Shown here one piece after another: positions 17,048-27,486 of a stretch of 42,509 nt of DNA (its first letter is position 1; each line of letters starts with the position of its first letter). The notes beneath the pieces are model-generated. The model searched no databases. It was given only the letters and a program-made list of their open reading frames with translations, and was not told the DNA's origin. The DNA comes from Dehalococcoidia bacterium (GTDB taxonomy: Bacteria; Chloroflexota; Dehalococcoidia; Lucifugimonadales; UBA2985), in NCBI GenBank assembly GCA_963582505.1, contig CAUZSC010000001.1:1-42509 (forward strand), written 5' to 3'. The position numbers and the translations under genes are program-made.

Positions 17048-17772
17048 CTATTTTTATCTCCTGCATTACTGCTAATTCTGTTGATCATTACTCCTACTGC
17101 CAACCCAATACCTGAGGAAAATATTATCCATAGATTTGAAGGTAGGTCATGAAGTATGACAGCGGCTGCTCCAGCACTTAATGCAGACAACGCATGACTC
17201 TTATGTTTTACGATTTCCGGAGCGATAAGTGCAAGGAAAACAAGTGGTATAGCAAATCCAAGGTTAAGTTCTTCAGGTATCGTTTTCCCCAACAATATAC
17301 CGATTAGTGTAGAGGCTTGCCATGCCAACCAAAGAGTTATACCACTCCCCAAGAGATAATAGTGTGAAAACTCGGATTCTCCTTCGTTTTCCATATGTTT
17401 TATGGTCACTGCAAAGGCTTGGTCCGTTAACAGGTAACTTAAAGGAATTTTCCATTTTACTGGCAGACCTGCCAGATACCTTGATATCGCAGCACTATAA
17501 AGAACATGGCGAAGATTTATTATTCCAACTGAGAGTATAATTATAAGTGGAACTGTACCAGTTGAGGCCAGTTGAATAAAAGCAACCTGGCTGGCACCAG
17601 CAAAAATTATTGATGACATCAAGAATGTCTGAACAGCTGTGAATCCATATTCTGCTCCCAAGACACCGAACGTAATACCAAAAGGAATAACTCCAATCAA
17701 TATGGGAGCTACTTCACTTACTCCAAGATAAAACTCTATATGTTTTGATGATTTAGTTATTTTGCCTGCCAT
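17044..17772 (-). CDS. azlC: AzlC-family branched-chain amino acid exporter
   Basis: 242-aa polytopic protein with an AzlC-like N-terminus (PFGITFGVLGAEYGF). It is translationally coupled to azlD. Confidence 0.75.
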   Translation of the reverse strand: MAGKITKSSKHIEFYLGVSEVAPILIGVIPFGITFGVLGAEYGFTAVQTFLMSSIIFAGASQVAFIQLASTGTVPLIIILSVGIINLRHVLYSAAISRYLAGLPVKWKIPLSYLLTDQAFAVTIKHMENEGESEFSHYYLLGSGITLWLAWQASTLIGILLGKTIPEELNLGFAIPLVFLALIAPEIVKHKSHALSALSAGAAAVILHDLPSNLWIIFSSGIGLAVGVMINRISSNAGDKNR

Positions 17773-17777
17773 TTATC

Positions 17778-19019
17778 TCATTCATTAGTTGTAGTGCCCC
17801 CAGTAGTCACTACGTAGGCTATTACCCCAGATGCTATTAGTAGTGAGGATATTATATATATCCAGTGAAGACCCAACATGCCCATCAGGCCATAACCGGC
17901 GATAGGGCCTGACGCAGCTCCAAGATCTGCCCATGTGGAATATCTACTCATTACATGAGCTTTATCGGCATGTGGAGATAGGTCTCCAGCTGATGCGTCT
18001 AGAGTTATCTTTCCAGCAGTTGTTGCTAAGAATATTATTGGAACAACTAGAATAGGCATAAAGGAATTATTTATTATTAAGGAGAGTAATCCTATAGCCA
18101 TAACAGGAACACACAGCAAGATCACAGGTCTTCTTCCAAAACGATCCGATATTTGCCCAAAATAATTCGATGATATAACTTCACCTGACCAACTTATTGA
18201 AAGAACTATCCCTGTGATGGTTGCTATTCCTAGAGTGAGATCATTTATTGACAATGATTCTCCAATCCTTTGTTTCAGTAGTAACCCTATCGTTGATGTG
18301 ACAAGCCCGGAAACTGCAAATGTATGAGTGAATCTAGTGTAATTTACTGCTAATATTTTGCTTCTCAATGTAATATTTTCAATATTCGTACCCAGTATTA
18401 ATGTCCAAATATTGAATCTGTGATTAACTTCAGTATCAGCCATATTACCCATAGAATGGGTTTCATCTTCAGCTATCAACATCACAATTGGAATGCAACA
18501 CAGCATAGCTACTGCAACTATCAGAAAAGCAATATCTATTCCCAGAATATCCACCAACGCGCCACCAATTAATACTGCGACCAAGCTGCCAGATCTAAAT
18601 ATGGCGTTATATAGCCCCATGAGCCTTCCGCGCTGCTCTGGAGCTTCCCTTAGCACCACCATATACAACGAGACTATTTGTATAGAGAAACAGATTCCCC
18701 AAAATATTCTTGATATTAACAGGGGCCAAAACCCATGGAATAAACTATATGCAGCAGTAGTTGCGATAGCCAAACCTATGGATAAGAAAAGCGGAACTCT
18801 AATACCAAATCTATTATAAACAATTGCAGCCCAACTATTTGATACTAAGCGTACCCAGCGATTTACACTCAGTATCAATCCTACACCAATACCTGCGGTA
18901 AGCCCGAAGTCGGTTATGTGAGACGGTAGAACTCCATATAGCATGGAATCCCCCATCACAGATATTGCAAGTACTATCGCAGTAAGTGAGACTTGCCTAC
19001 TGGAGTAATTAGTTATCAT
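17778..19019 (-). CDS. MFS transporter
   Basis: 413 aa with about 12 TM helices. It sits 5 nt upstream of azlC, so it is probably in the same operon. Confidence 0.8.
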   Translation of the reverse strand: MITNYSSRQVSLTAIVLAISVMGDSMLYGVLPSHITDFGLTAGIGVGLILSVNRWVRLVSNSWAAIVYNRFGIRVPLFLSIGLAIATTAAYSLFHGFWPLLISRIFWGICFSIQIVSLYMVVLREAPEQRGRLMGLYNAIFRSGSLVAVLIGGALVDILGIDIAFLIVAVAMLCCIPIVMLIAEDETHSMGNMADTEVNHRFNIWTLILGTNIENITLRSKILAVNYTRFTHTFAVSGLVTSTIGLLLKQRIGESLSINDLTLGIATITGIVLSISWSGEVISSNYFGQISDRFGRRPVILLCVPVMAIGLLSLIINNSFMPILVVPIIFLATTAGKITLDASAGDLSPHADKAHVMSRYSTWADLGAASGPIAGYGLMGMLGLHWIYIISSLLIASGVIAYVVTTGGTTTNE

Positions 19020-19524
19020 ATTAATGTGGACTCTCTATTGATAATATTACGAAATAAGAAAAGAAAATCACTCAAGGTTGTAAGAAATATCTTCTAATCC
19101 TGATTCGTACTTTTGCAAGTGCCATTGTGCAGAATTGTTAGTACCACATCTCAAATTATACAATATCATGTTATATTAAGAGTTATCTAGAAGAATAAAG
19201 TTAATTGGCGAATAGATATCAACTACTATTGAATCGTAAATTGCAATATATGATAATATTCTATATGGTAGCCTTTGATTCCGCACATTGAGAACATACT
19301 CTCTTAGTAAATCGTAATCTCGCAGAGAAACAGTTGGAAGATAGAAAAAATCAGGATCCTGTCAATGGAGAGGCAACATAAAAAACGATATTGAACCCCC
19401 TTCGGACGGTTCTTCCGGAACAGAGAGGACCGGTATATTTTATGGATGGTGGATAGTTACAGTATCCACCATAGTAAGCACCATACAATCTGCGGTTTTC
19501 AATGTCGGTGCACAGACTCTGGTA

Positions 19525-20706
19525 TTGCCTATCATAAGAGAGTTTGAAACAACCCGTACAGCAGTATCAATTGCATTCTCTTTGAGAAGGTTAGAAGGTG
19601 GGCTAACGGGTCCGCTAGAGGGATATCTAATACACTGGATGGGTCCAAGACCTTACATGGTGACCGGCTGGGTGATATTTGGATTAGGATTCATTGCAGT
19701 TGGCCTCTGTCAAAACATTTACCAGTTTTATGGAGCTTTCCTGATGGTAACACTAGGTCAAAGCATATCTGGCTTCTTACCAATAGTAACGGTTTTAATT
19801 AACTGGTTTGATAAATCGCGCGGTCGAGCTATAGCAATTTACCAACTTGGAGGAAGTATAGGTGCTTTATTTGTACCAATTCTTGCATGGTCTATTCTTA
19901 ACATAGGATGGCGCCAAACTACGATCTGGATAGGTTTTCTGGTCATTATTGTTGGCATACCACTGGCGCTACTTATGCGTCCCCGTCCTGAAGATTATGG
20001 GTATCTACCAGATGGGGCAGATCCTGAATCTGTGTTGAACGAAGACACTGAAGACAGCAAAGAAGCTAATGTAGAAAACACATCAATAATGCAGGTTCTG
20101 AAAAGTCGCAGTTTTTGGTTCTTGGGCCTTTCCCATTCGGCTGGCATTACCGCTTGGGGAGCACTTCAAGTACACCAGATACCTGCTTTGGTAGACATCG
20201 GTATAACTGAGCTAGTAGCTGCAAGTATTGTATCCTACACATTAGTTATTTCTGCCTTTGGCAGACTAGCAGGTGGGTTTCTAGGAGACATACTGGGAAC
20301 AAAGAAGATAATTGCTACAGCTTTTATCCTTCAAGGTATAGCTGTAGCAATACTTGCATTCGCAGACTCTAACATCGATGTAATGATTTTCGCGACGATA
20401 TTCGGTATCGCATTTGGTACACGAGGGACACTAATGACGGTACTTAGGGCTGATGTTTTTGGTAGACAAAACTTTTCTAGACTTGCAGGTCTAATGGATC
20501 CAGTAAGTAGTGTCTCTGTCCTCATTGCACCTATACTTGCAGGATTTATATTTGACACCACAGGTTCATACAAGGTTGCATTCCTAATACTGGCAATAGT
20601 TAATGCATCAGGAGCATTCCTACTTTTAGGCGTTACTGTACCCCAACGCCCTAAAAAATATACACCTACTATGAAAGCTATGGACAGAGAAATCAACGCT
20701 GGATAA
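19525..20706 (+). CDS. MFS transporter (oxalate/formate-antiporter-like); 5' end disrupted or miscalled
   Basis: The track ORF starts at TTG 19525. However, TM1 (GIFYGWWIVTVSTIVSTIQSAVFNVGAQTLV) is encoded in the same frame upstream, from about 19381, with no ATG/GTG/TTG. ATG 19365 is in the other frame and joins this frame if one A of the A6 run (19380-19385) is removed. Confidence 0.75.
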   Translation: MPIIREFETTRTAVSIAFSLRRLEGGLTGPLEGYLIHWMGPRPYMVTGWVIFGLGFIAVGLCQNIYQFYGAFLMVTLGQSISGFLPIVTVLINWFDKSRGRAIAIYQLGGSIGALFVPILAWSILNIGWRQTTIWIGFLVIIVGIPLALLMRPRPEDYGYLPDGADPESVLNEDTEDSKEANVENTSIMQVLKSRSFWFLGLSHSAGITAWGALQVHQIPALVDIGITELVAASIVSYTLVISAFGRLAGGFLGDILGTKKIIATAFILQGIAVAILAFADSNIDVMIFATIFGIAFGTRGTLMTVLRADVFGRQNFSRLAGLMDPVSSVSVLIAPILAGFIFDTTGSYKVAFLILAIVNASGAFLLLGVTVPQRPKKYTPTMKAMDREINAG

Positions 20707-20750
20707 TATTGGTATATATTTTTGTCATTCCACCTAGACTAACCCGTAAT

Positions 20751-21659
20751 CTATATGGCTATCACTGTAATGCCTACAACTATAAACGATGTTGAAAACA
20801 ATTTTATTAGTACTGATCCAGTAGAGATATCCTCACCCAATGCTCTCGGCCAAATCTTTGTGATAGCAATACTGTATATGACTATATACAAAGCTCTGGT
20901 ACCAGCTACAGCTCCCACTAGAGATGCGGGTCCCAGAGATAGAGCCCAAACAAACATAATAAGCCCTGCTTGTGCTGTAATAAAATCGTTTATTGTGACG
21001 AAGAGCAGAGCTGGACTTCGTTTACAGAAGAGAGATTTAACATCATTCAATGGCTCCTGCCTGAAAGCAAAGGACAGCAAAATAATTCCCAGGGTAAGTG
21101 TCCTCAAACCATGTGTATACAAGACTGGCAACTCCTCAAGTGCTAATTTACCTATTACTGTAGAAGCACCAAATAGAAATGCGGAGAACATCAGAATATA
21201 GAAAGATTTATACAAAATTACTCCATCAGAACCACCACCGTTAGTCCTAATAGATATCAAAGCACTTCCTATAACAGCTATAATAATACCTCCACCCTTT
21301 ACAATCTGAATCGACTCACCCAGTACTAATAATGCCAGAAGTGCAGTAAATATAGGTGCGGATTGAGTTACTGGTATTGTGCGAGAGACTTCCTGAGTGT
21401 ACAGAATTCTTTGTGACAAGAATGCAGCGAAACCAGAAAGTACTCCAGACCCAATAGCTGATAAACTTGTAGTAATAGTAGCCTCGACCGGTACACCCCA
21501 AAATAATAATAAAACAATACCTACAGTAGTCTGAGTAATACCCATTAGTAAAAGCAAGGTGAGAGGTGTTCTAGCGTACCTGTGAATAACAAGTTTATCG
21601 GATATATTCACCAATCCCATACATGCTGAACTTGCTAATGCTATAAGTAACCAACTCAT
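20751..21659 (-). CDS. EamA/DMT-family transporter (paralog of 14544-15449)
   Basis: 302 aa, colinear with the first EamA protein along its whole length (for example QRILYT[HQ]EVSRT[VI]P and LGPASLV). Confidence 0.8.
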   Translation of the reverse strand: MSWLLIALASSACMGLVNISDKLVIHRYARTPLTLLLLMGITQTTVGIVLLLFWGVPVEATITTSLSAIGSGVLSGFAAFLSQRILYTQEVSRTIPVTQSAPIFTALLALLVLGESIQIVKGGGIIIAVIGSALISIRTNGGGSDGVILYKSFYILMFSAFLFGASTVIGKLALEELPVLYTHGLRTLTLGIILLSFAFRQEPLNDVKSLFCKRSPALLFVTINDFITAQAGLIMFVWALSLGPASLVGAVAGTRALYIVIYSIAITKIWPRALGEDISTGSVLIKLFSTSFIVVGITVIAI

Positions 21660-21857
21660 CCGTCACTTCACTTTCAAAAAATTTACTTCTATCCTTGCCA
21701 GAAGTACCTGATATATCAGATACGCAATTACCTTAATAACAAACGCCAGTGTATATTAACAACTTGACTTGCCTGAATAAATAATACCTGATTTAGTATA
21801 TGAACCTCGATAGAATGCTCAATCACATAATATTATGCTTATGCTAAAATTAATCTG

Positions 21858-22175
21858 ATGATTAACTACTTCAAATACCTAACCAGTCTACTAGATTTTA
21901 CGGAAGATATGAATAATCGGGCATTCTTATGGTTACTTGTCAGGGTGGTTATTCTTGTTTTTATAGGCATGCTATTTGTCACACCAGTTCTGATTGTCTT
22001 AATTCTGGATCCATTCACTGCCGTATATACTTTTACTTTCATTATTACTTGCGCAGTAATAATTTTCATGATCAAAACACATAATATAGCGGAGAAATGG
22101 TACCTTGGTCTTCTTCTGGTTTCGCCAACGATACTATTGTTCGTAGGTATACTTGTGTTCTTAAGGGTCTTCTAA
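21858..22175 (+). CDS. Hypothetical small membrane protein
   Basis: 105-aa ORF with 3 hydrophobic segments and no recognisable motif. It may really start at the internal MNNRAF. Confidence 0.4.
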   Translation: MINYFKYLTSLLDFTEDMNNRAFLWLLVRVVILVFIGMLFVTPVLIVLILDPFTAVYTFTFIITCAVIIFMIKTHNIAEKWYLGLLLVSPTILLFVGILVFLRVF

Positions 22176-22193
22176 ATAGTAGCTTCACCAATT

Positions 22194-22403
22194 CTATCGT
22201 CCAGAAGGTATCTTAATTCTTAAGATATACAATCCTATTATTAATACAGGTATGGCAAGAATCAATAATCCAAATATCACCACCAGTACAGCAGCATCAA
22301 GGCGTAAAAAATGATCAACCCTCTCCATTACCCACTTCAATAAAGTCGGGTCTCCTGGGGCCTCATGATGAAGAAATTTATTAATAGTCAAGAAATAAAT
22401 CAA
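22194..22403 (-). CDS. Hypothetical small membrane protein, possibly coupled to the upstream MFS gene
   Basis: 69-aa ORF with one C-terminal TM helix. Its TTG start overlaps the MFS stop (TTGA). The start codon is weak. Confidence 0.3.
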   Translation of the reverse strand: MIYFLTINKFLHHEAPGDPTLLKWVMERVDHFLRLDAAVLVVIFGLLILAIPVLIIGLYILRIKIPSGR

Positions 22404-23683
22404 CCTAGATTATCTACAAGAATATTTCTAGAAGAGTATTTCCGCTCCTGTATAGTAAAACTCGCTATACTAGCTATTATCAGGGTAAGTCCAGCTATCG
22501 AGAATGGGACAAAATAGGAACCCGTTAGGTCTCGCATAATTCCACCGAACTGAATACCAAAAGATCCACCTATTTGATGTGACATAAATACCAACCCTGT
22601 GAGAGTACCAGCTTTTCTTAGGCCATAGATATTAGTAGTTAAAGTAGATGTGAGTGGCACAGAAGCTATCCATGAAGCTCCTCCGACTATAGCAAATGCC
22701 CACAGTCCATATTGACCCGGCAAGAACAATAATAAAATATACCCTATACCTCTAGCGAAATATACTAACCCAAGGAGATTCTTATTACCCAATTTATCTG
22801 CTACTGGACCAACCATTAACACTCCAATAGTATTCATAATACTCAACAAGCCAAAAGCCATAGCAGCAGTTGACGGAGAAAAACCTTCTTCTATGGCATA
22901 TGGGACGAAATGAAATGACATTATTAAAGTTGTGAAGCCACATACAAAATAACCACTCAATAATTGCCACATAGGATAAGAATTAAACGCATCTTTCCAA
23001 GAAGATACCACTAAAGGTCCATCTTCCACATATAAACCATTTGTTCCAGATTGATTGTCCCCCATATCTTCACCATCTGGTAAAAGGCCTATATCGCTGG
23101 GCTCGCTCCTCAATATCAGATAGGCTGTTGGTAGTACTAAAATCAAAATGACTAGTCCCAAAATGAACCACGTGATTCTCCAATCCAGAACAATAATCAA
23201 ATATGTTGAAAATGGAACCAGTAACAATCCTCCAACAGAGCCTCCAGATGCCGCTATAGACATGGCAGTTGTACGTTTTTTCTTAAACCATTTTGCTACA
23301 AGTACGGCTATCGTAGTTATTGATATAGAACTCATTAACGTAGATCGAACGATACCAAATAAAATCAAGAAATAAAGGTAATTAAATGTCATAGACAGTA
23401 ATATTGTGGCTATGCCTACTAACAGGATCCCTACAATTATTAGTTTTCGACCACCAATAAGGTCATGAAGGTATCCACAGAAGGCCTGGCTTAAACCGCT
23501 ACACAGTATTCCAATCGCTACTGCAGACGATATCAGGGCTCTACTCCAACCAAACTCGTCGCTCATAGGTAAAGCAAATACACCCAAACTACTGTTAATC
23601 CCGCCTCCAATAACGGTTATGGAAAATGATGCCGCCACTATTAACCAACCATAGTAGATATCTTTAGAAGCAGTATTTCTCAT
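22400..23683 (-). CDS. MFS transporter (oxalate/formate-antiporter-like)
   Basis: 427 aa with 12 TM helices. Its N-terminal YYGWLIV motif is shared with the 19525 MFS. Confidence 0.82.
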   Translation of the reverse strand: MRNTASKDIYYGWLIVAASFSITVIGGGINSSLGVFALPMSDEFGWSRALISSAVAIGILCSGLSQAFCGYLHDLIGGRKLIIVGILLVGIATILLSMTFNYLYFLILFGIVRSTLMSSISITTIAVLVAKWFKKKRTTAMSIAASGGSVGGLLLVPFSTYLIIVLDWRITWFILGLVILILVLPTAYLILRSEPSDIGLLPDGEDMGDNQSGTNGLYVEDGPLVVSSWKDAFNSYPMWQLLSGYFVCGFTTLIMSFHFVPYAIEEGFSPSTAAMAFGLLSIMNTIGVLMVGPVADKLGNKNLLGLVYFARGIGYILLLFLPGQYGLWAFAIVGGASWIASVPLTSTLTTNIYGLRKAGTLTGLVFMSHQIGGSFGIQFGGIMRDLTGSYFVPFSIAGLTLIIASIASFTIQERKYSSRNILVDNLG

Positions 23684-23741
23684 AAATCAATATCTCAAAA
23701 ATTCGAAAAAGTTTATTAATATACACTTCAGGAATCCATAC

Positions 23742-24302
23742 TTACTCTACGCTCAATCCCAATTGACCAGCAACAGGCTTGAGCGAATCTATCACGAATT
23801 GAATTAACTCATCTAAATCTATATTCAATTCTTCCGCTCCTTGTATTATGTCTTCTCGGCTTACATTTCTGGCAAAAGCCTTGTCTTTCATTTTTTTCCT
23901 TACAGATTTTGGAGTTGTATCAGACAAACTTTTGTTTGGTCTCACAAGTGCAACAGCTGTTATAAAACCAGAAAGTTCATCAGTTGCAAATAGTGCCTTC
24001 TCCATTGGGCTTTCACGAATCACTCCTGTATGATTCGCGTGAGAGAGTATTGCACGAACTATGTTTTCTGAACACCCACGTTCTTTAAGTATTGCCGCAC
24101 CAAATGCAGCGTGTTCTTCTGGAGACGGACAAATTTCATAATCAAAATCGTGCAACATACCAACAACACCCCACAGATCCTCATCCTCTCCTACTCTTAT
24201 GGCGTATGCTCTCATTGACGCTTCTACTGCTATAGCATGTTTCTTGAGTTTATCAGTTTGTATAAATTCTTCTATTAAGGACCATGCTTCTTCCCTATCC
24301 AT
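23742..24302 (-). CDS. HD-superfamily hydrolase (COG2316-like)
   Basis: 186 aa with HAIAVE...GMLHDFDYE...H motifs. Confidence 0.75.
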   Translation of the reverse strand: MDREEAWSLIEEFIQTDKLKKHAIAVEASMRAYAIRVGEDEDLWGVVGMLHDFDYEICPSPEEHAAFGAAILKERGCSENIVRAILSHANHTGVIRESPMEKALFATDELSGFITAVALVRPNKSLSDTTPKSVRKKMKDKAFARNVSREDIIQGAEELNIDLDELIQFVIDSLKPVAGQLGLSVE

Positions 24303-24415
24303 AAATATCCCTTCAGTCTAAATTTGCAATCACTATTTAATGATATTTTTAAATTATACAACAGCACTAGCTCGCTGCCATTTTAAGTAAAATATAACTG
24401 ATTTCTGAATTGAAG

Positions 24416-24447
24416 AAGGCCCCGTAGTTTGTTAACTGCGGGGCCTT
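24416..24447 (-). terminator. Intrinsic terminator hairpin downstream of 24523-25179
   Basis: 9-bp GC-rich stem AAGGCCCCG/CGGGGCCTT with a 14-nt loop, about 75 nt after the stop. A moderately T-rich tract follows on the minus strand. Confidence 0.5.
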
Positions 24448-24522
24448 AATTTCCAAACTATTAATACAACATTCGGCAATACAGAGCATCTATATTAGGT
24501 AAACTGTTACATTAAGTAACTA

Positions 24523-25179
24523 TTATTCACCTGCCATAAGATCGCGTCCAATTAGGATTCCCCAGATAACAGTGATCAAGTATCCACCCCCGCCTATCAT
24601 GCCCGCAGTTTGCTGAAAAGTAATGTCCAATCCAGCATATATGGAGCTCAACAGGAGCACAATTTGAATAATAAAAACAACCAATGTGAGAGTCTTCCTA
24701 TGTGCCCATTTATCATTAAGGTAGATCCCATAAGTAATACCCACGAAACCAATGGCAGCAAGAATGCTGGCAAGGGTATTTATACCAAGTGATGCAGCAT
24801 ATAGAGCACCTACAGCTGGTCCTGAATTACCACCAGCTATGGTAGCAGCGAGTGCTCCTCCAATAGTCCACCCGATTATTCCAATTAAAGCGAACATCAA
24901 ACCCAATCTAGCGACTGCTCCTCCGTTACCTTCTAAACTCTCAGTGAGAGCCCGGAAACCAAACAACATAAGAATCAAACCTATTGGTATCAGTGTAAGA
25001 GAGATACTGGCAAGGTCACCGTTTGCCAAAAGTACGCCAACTGATGCCGCTGCATCTGCTGGATCTACAGTACCTCCGACTATTCCTCCACCTGGGCGAA
25101 TTAAATAGCTAAGTACAGCCAAAACTGGTCCAACTATAAGCGCTAAACCTCCGAGTTTCTTTACAGACATACTTCCCAT
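24523..25179 (-). CDS. Hypothetical Gly/Ala-rich polytopic membrane protein
   Basis: 218 aa with about 6 TM helices. No family is recognised with confidence. Confidence 0.6.
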   Translation of the reverse strand: MGSMSVKKLGGLALIVGPVLAVLSYLIRPGGGIVGGTVDPADAAASVGVLLANGDLASISLTLIPIGLILMLFGFRALTESLEGNGGAVARLGLMFALIGIIGWTIGGALAATIAGGNSGPAVGALYAASLGINTLASILAAIGFVGITYGIYLNDKWAHRKTLTLVVFIIQIVLLLSSIYAGLDITFQQTAGMIGGGGYLITVIWGILIGRDLMAGE

Positions 25180-25498
25180 AGTAAATCCTCCTCAGCCATT
25201 AAGACTTCGAGTCTGATTGCCGGCACATATTAACAGACTTTTTTGCAATGGACTAGTATTAAATACAATATATTGGAGGTGTTAGCTATATTGGCATTAC
25301 ATATAGTATATTAATGCCCGATTGTATAATGAATTCGCACAATAATGGTAATCAATAAATTAATGTCGAAATTTGTCTAGTAGCCACCTTAGTTGCCATT
25401 ATATCAACATCCAAATATCAATTTGTTTTTTATATTTGCTATATATTGTAATATTAGGAGATATAAAGGAAATACTATCTAATGAAAGAGTAGTTAAA

Positions 25499-26071
25499 AT
25501 GACTGACGCAAAAATAAAGATCGTAGCATTTGCAGGTAGCCTGAGAAACGGATCTGTAAACAGACTCCTATTAAGGTCTGCTATAAAATTGGCCCCTGCG
25601 AACATGTTGATAGAAGAATTAAACATACATGATGTACCACTATATAACGGAGACGTAGAGGATGAAGGTCCACCTCAGTCAGTAATAGATTTTAAGGAAT
25701 CTGTTGCTTCCGCAGATGGTCTATTAATTGTAAGTCCCGAATATAATCACGGCATCCCAGCTGTGACTAAAAACTTAATAGACTGGGCGTCAAGGCGCGT
25801 AAGTCATCCTGGCAACGTTTTAGATGGAAAACCCGTATCGATTATGACAATGTCTGGTGGAGCGATGGGAATAGGTTCATTCGTGCAGCCACAAATAAGA
25901 CAAGTGTTAGTCTATCCAGGAACGTTAGTCATGCCAAATGGAGATGTAGGCATCTCAGGCGGCATATCCAATTTTGATGAACAAGGTCAACTGGTAAATG
26001 AACTTGCTAAATCAAAGGTCGAACAAAATCTACTGTTATTTTCTAAGTGGATCAACAGATTAAATGGTTAG
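25499..26071 (+). CDS. NADPH-dependent FMN reductase family protein
   Basis: The track ORF begins at 25373, but its first 42 aa are low-complexity AT-rich translation. ATG 25499 gives MTDAKIKIVAFAGSLRNGSVN, and SPEYNHGIPAVTKNLIDW is the family signature. Confidence 0.8.
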   Translation: MTDAKIKIVAFAGSLRNGSVNRLLLRSAIKLAPANMLIEELNIHDVPLYNGDVEDEGPPQSVIDFKESVASADGLLIVSPEYNHGIPAVTKNLIDWASRRVSHPGNVLDGKPVSIMTMSGGAMGIGSFVQPQIRQVLVYPGTLVMPNGDVGISGGISNFDEQGQLVNELAKSKVEQNLLLFSKWINRLNG

Positions 26072-26083
26072 ACACAGGACAAT

Positions 26084-26923
26084 ATGCCAAATACCCTACT
26101 TATAAAAGTATCAACTAAATTATCATCCTCCTTTTTATTGCTTGTCTCAATAATACTAATGACTTCATGTGATAGTCAGAGTCTATCAAATGTAAATCAC
26201 TTCGAGGAAGGTGTGAATTTATACCACCAAGGTCTATTCGATGAGGCAATAGAGAAATTAGATAAAGCGGTAGAAGCAGACCCAAATTCCTCCGCTCCAC
26301 ATGAGGCAAAATCCGAGATATACCGAATGATCGGTAAACTCGACCTCTCCCTTGATAGCCTTAATGAAGCTATCAAGACCAGACCAGTGGCCCCAGATAA
26401 TGTGCGGCTCTACAGGGTTAGAGGCAGAACTCATGACATGATTGGTAATTTCGACTTAGCCGAGAAGGATTTTGGCAGTGCAATATCCTTATCACCAAAA
26501 GACGCCACACTATATGGGGACAGAGCATGGTTTTATTTTACGCAAGAGAAATACTATCAATCTGCAGAAGATTGGGAAACTTCTGTCAATCTAAATCCCT
26601 CAGATATTTCAACTGCTTTCTATAGTAGCCTCACCTACTACAAATTAGAGGACTATAAAAAGGTTATAGATTTAAATAATGCGGTCATAGAATCAGATCC
26701 AGGGCATGGTAACGCGTATAATCAGACTGGAGAGGCTTACTTTCAATTAGGAGAGTATGGGAAAGCTCTGGCCTCATTTGATAAAGCAATTGAGTTATAC
26801 GGCGATCGCGGCATATACTACAAGAATAGAGGCAACACACATAATAAATTAGGCAATAAAGAGCTAGGTAAATCGGATCTAAAGCAAGCCTGTGAATTAA
26901 ATCCCGGCTTATGCTCAGAATAA
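26084..26923 (+). CDS. TPR-repeat protein, probable lipoprotein
   Basis: 279 aa. It has a signal peptide ending LMTSC and multiple 34-aa TPR units (for example NAYNQTGEAYFQLGEYGKALASFDKAIEL). Confidence 0.75.
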   Translation: MPNTLLIKVSTKLSSSFLLLVSIILMTSCDSQSLSNVNHFEEGVNLYHQGLFDEAIEKLDKAVEADPNSSAPHEAKSEIYRMIGKLDLSLDSLNEAIKTRPVAPDNVRLYRVRGRTHDMIGNFDLAEKDFGSAISLSPKDATLYGDRAWFYFTQEKYYQSAEDWETSVNLNPSDISTAFYSSLTYYKLEDYKKVIDLNNAVIESDPGHGNAYNQTGEAYFQLGEYGKALASFDKAIELYGDRGIYYKNRGNTHNKLGNKELGKSDLKQACELNPGLCSE

Positions 26924-26947
26924 TCGACTTTAGGGAGGTAAACAGCA

Positions 26948-27466
26948 TTGATTAATAGAATGATTAGGGCAGCCATGTTTGATGTACGGGTATACGAAGA
27001 GGTTGAAGCTGATCAGTCGGCTACTAGGTCTGCAATGCTAGTTGTAATACTTGCCTCAATCTCCGGAGCTTTAGTTGAGTCCTTCAATCCTATCGGTATC
27101 CTGATAGCAACATTATTCGGAATATTGAGCTGGGCTATATGGGCTGGAGTAACCTACATAATAGGAGCAAAGCTCCTACCTGAACCTACTACACAAGCTA
27201 ATTGGGGAGAGTTGGCTAGAACCACTGGTTTTGCACAGGCACCTGGCGTGCTAGCAATCATAGGCTTACTAAGCTTCCTAGCCGCTCCTGTTACATTCAT
27301 ACTCAGTATATGGGGCATAGCCACAATGGTAGTAGCAGTGAGACAGGCGCTAGATTATAATTCCACAATGAGAGCTATCGTAGTTGTCTTACTATCATTC
27401 ATACCAGCATCCATAATTATGTTTATGGCAATAGTACCAATATTTCTTCTTATAGGTATCGAGTAG
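26948..27466 (+). CDS. Yip1-domain membrane protein
   Basis: 172 aa. The N-terminal cytoplasmic segment (FDVRVYEEVEAD) is followed by 4-5 TM helices. GGAGG lies 9 nt upstream of TTG 26948. Confidence 0.6.
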   Translation: MINRMIRAAMFDVRVYEEVEADQSATRSAMLVVILASISGALVESFNPIGILIATLFGILSWAIWAGVTYIIGAKLLPEPTTQANWGELARTTGFAQAPGVLAIIGLLSFLAAPVTFILSIWGIATMVVAVRQALDYNSTMRAIVVVLLSFIPASIIMFMAIVPIFLLIGIE

Positions 27467-27486
27467 AAAAACCTAATACTCTGAAC

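Noticed and set aside
19020-19364. Riboswitch or leader RNA in the 500-bp gap upstream of the 19525 MFS gene
   Set aside because: I recognise no riboswitch consensus. Part of the gap is actually the displaced 5' coding region of the MFS gene, and the remainder is AT-rich promoter-like DNA.
25373-25498. N-terminal extensions in track ORFs: 25373, 29195, 3039, 39417 and possibly 38342
   Set aside because: The extensions translate AT-rich promoter-like DNA. Internal ATGs with Shine-Dalgarno sites give proteins that begin where the family alignments begin. The downstream starts are used in the feature table.
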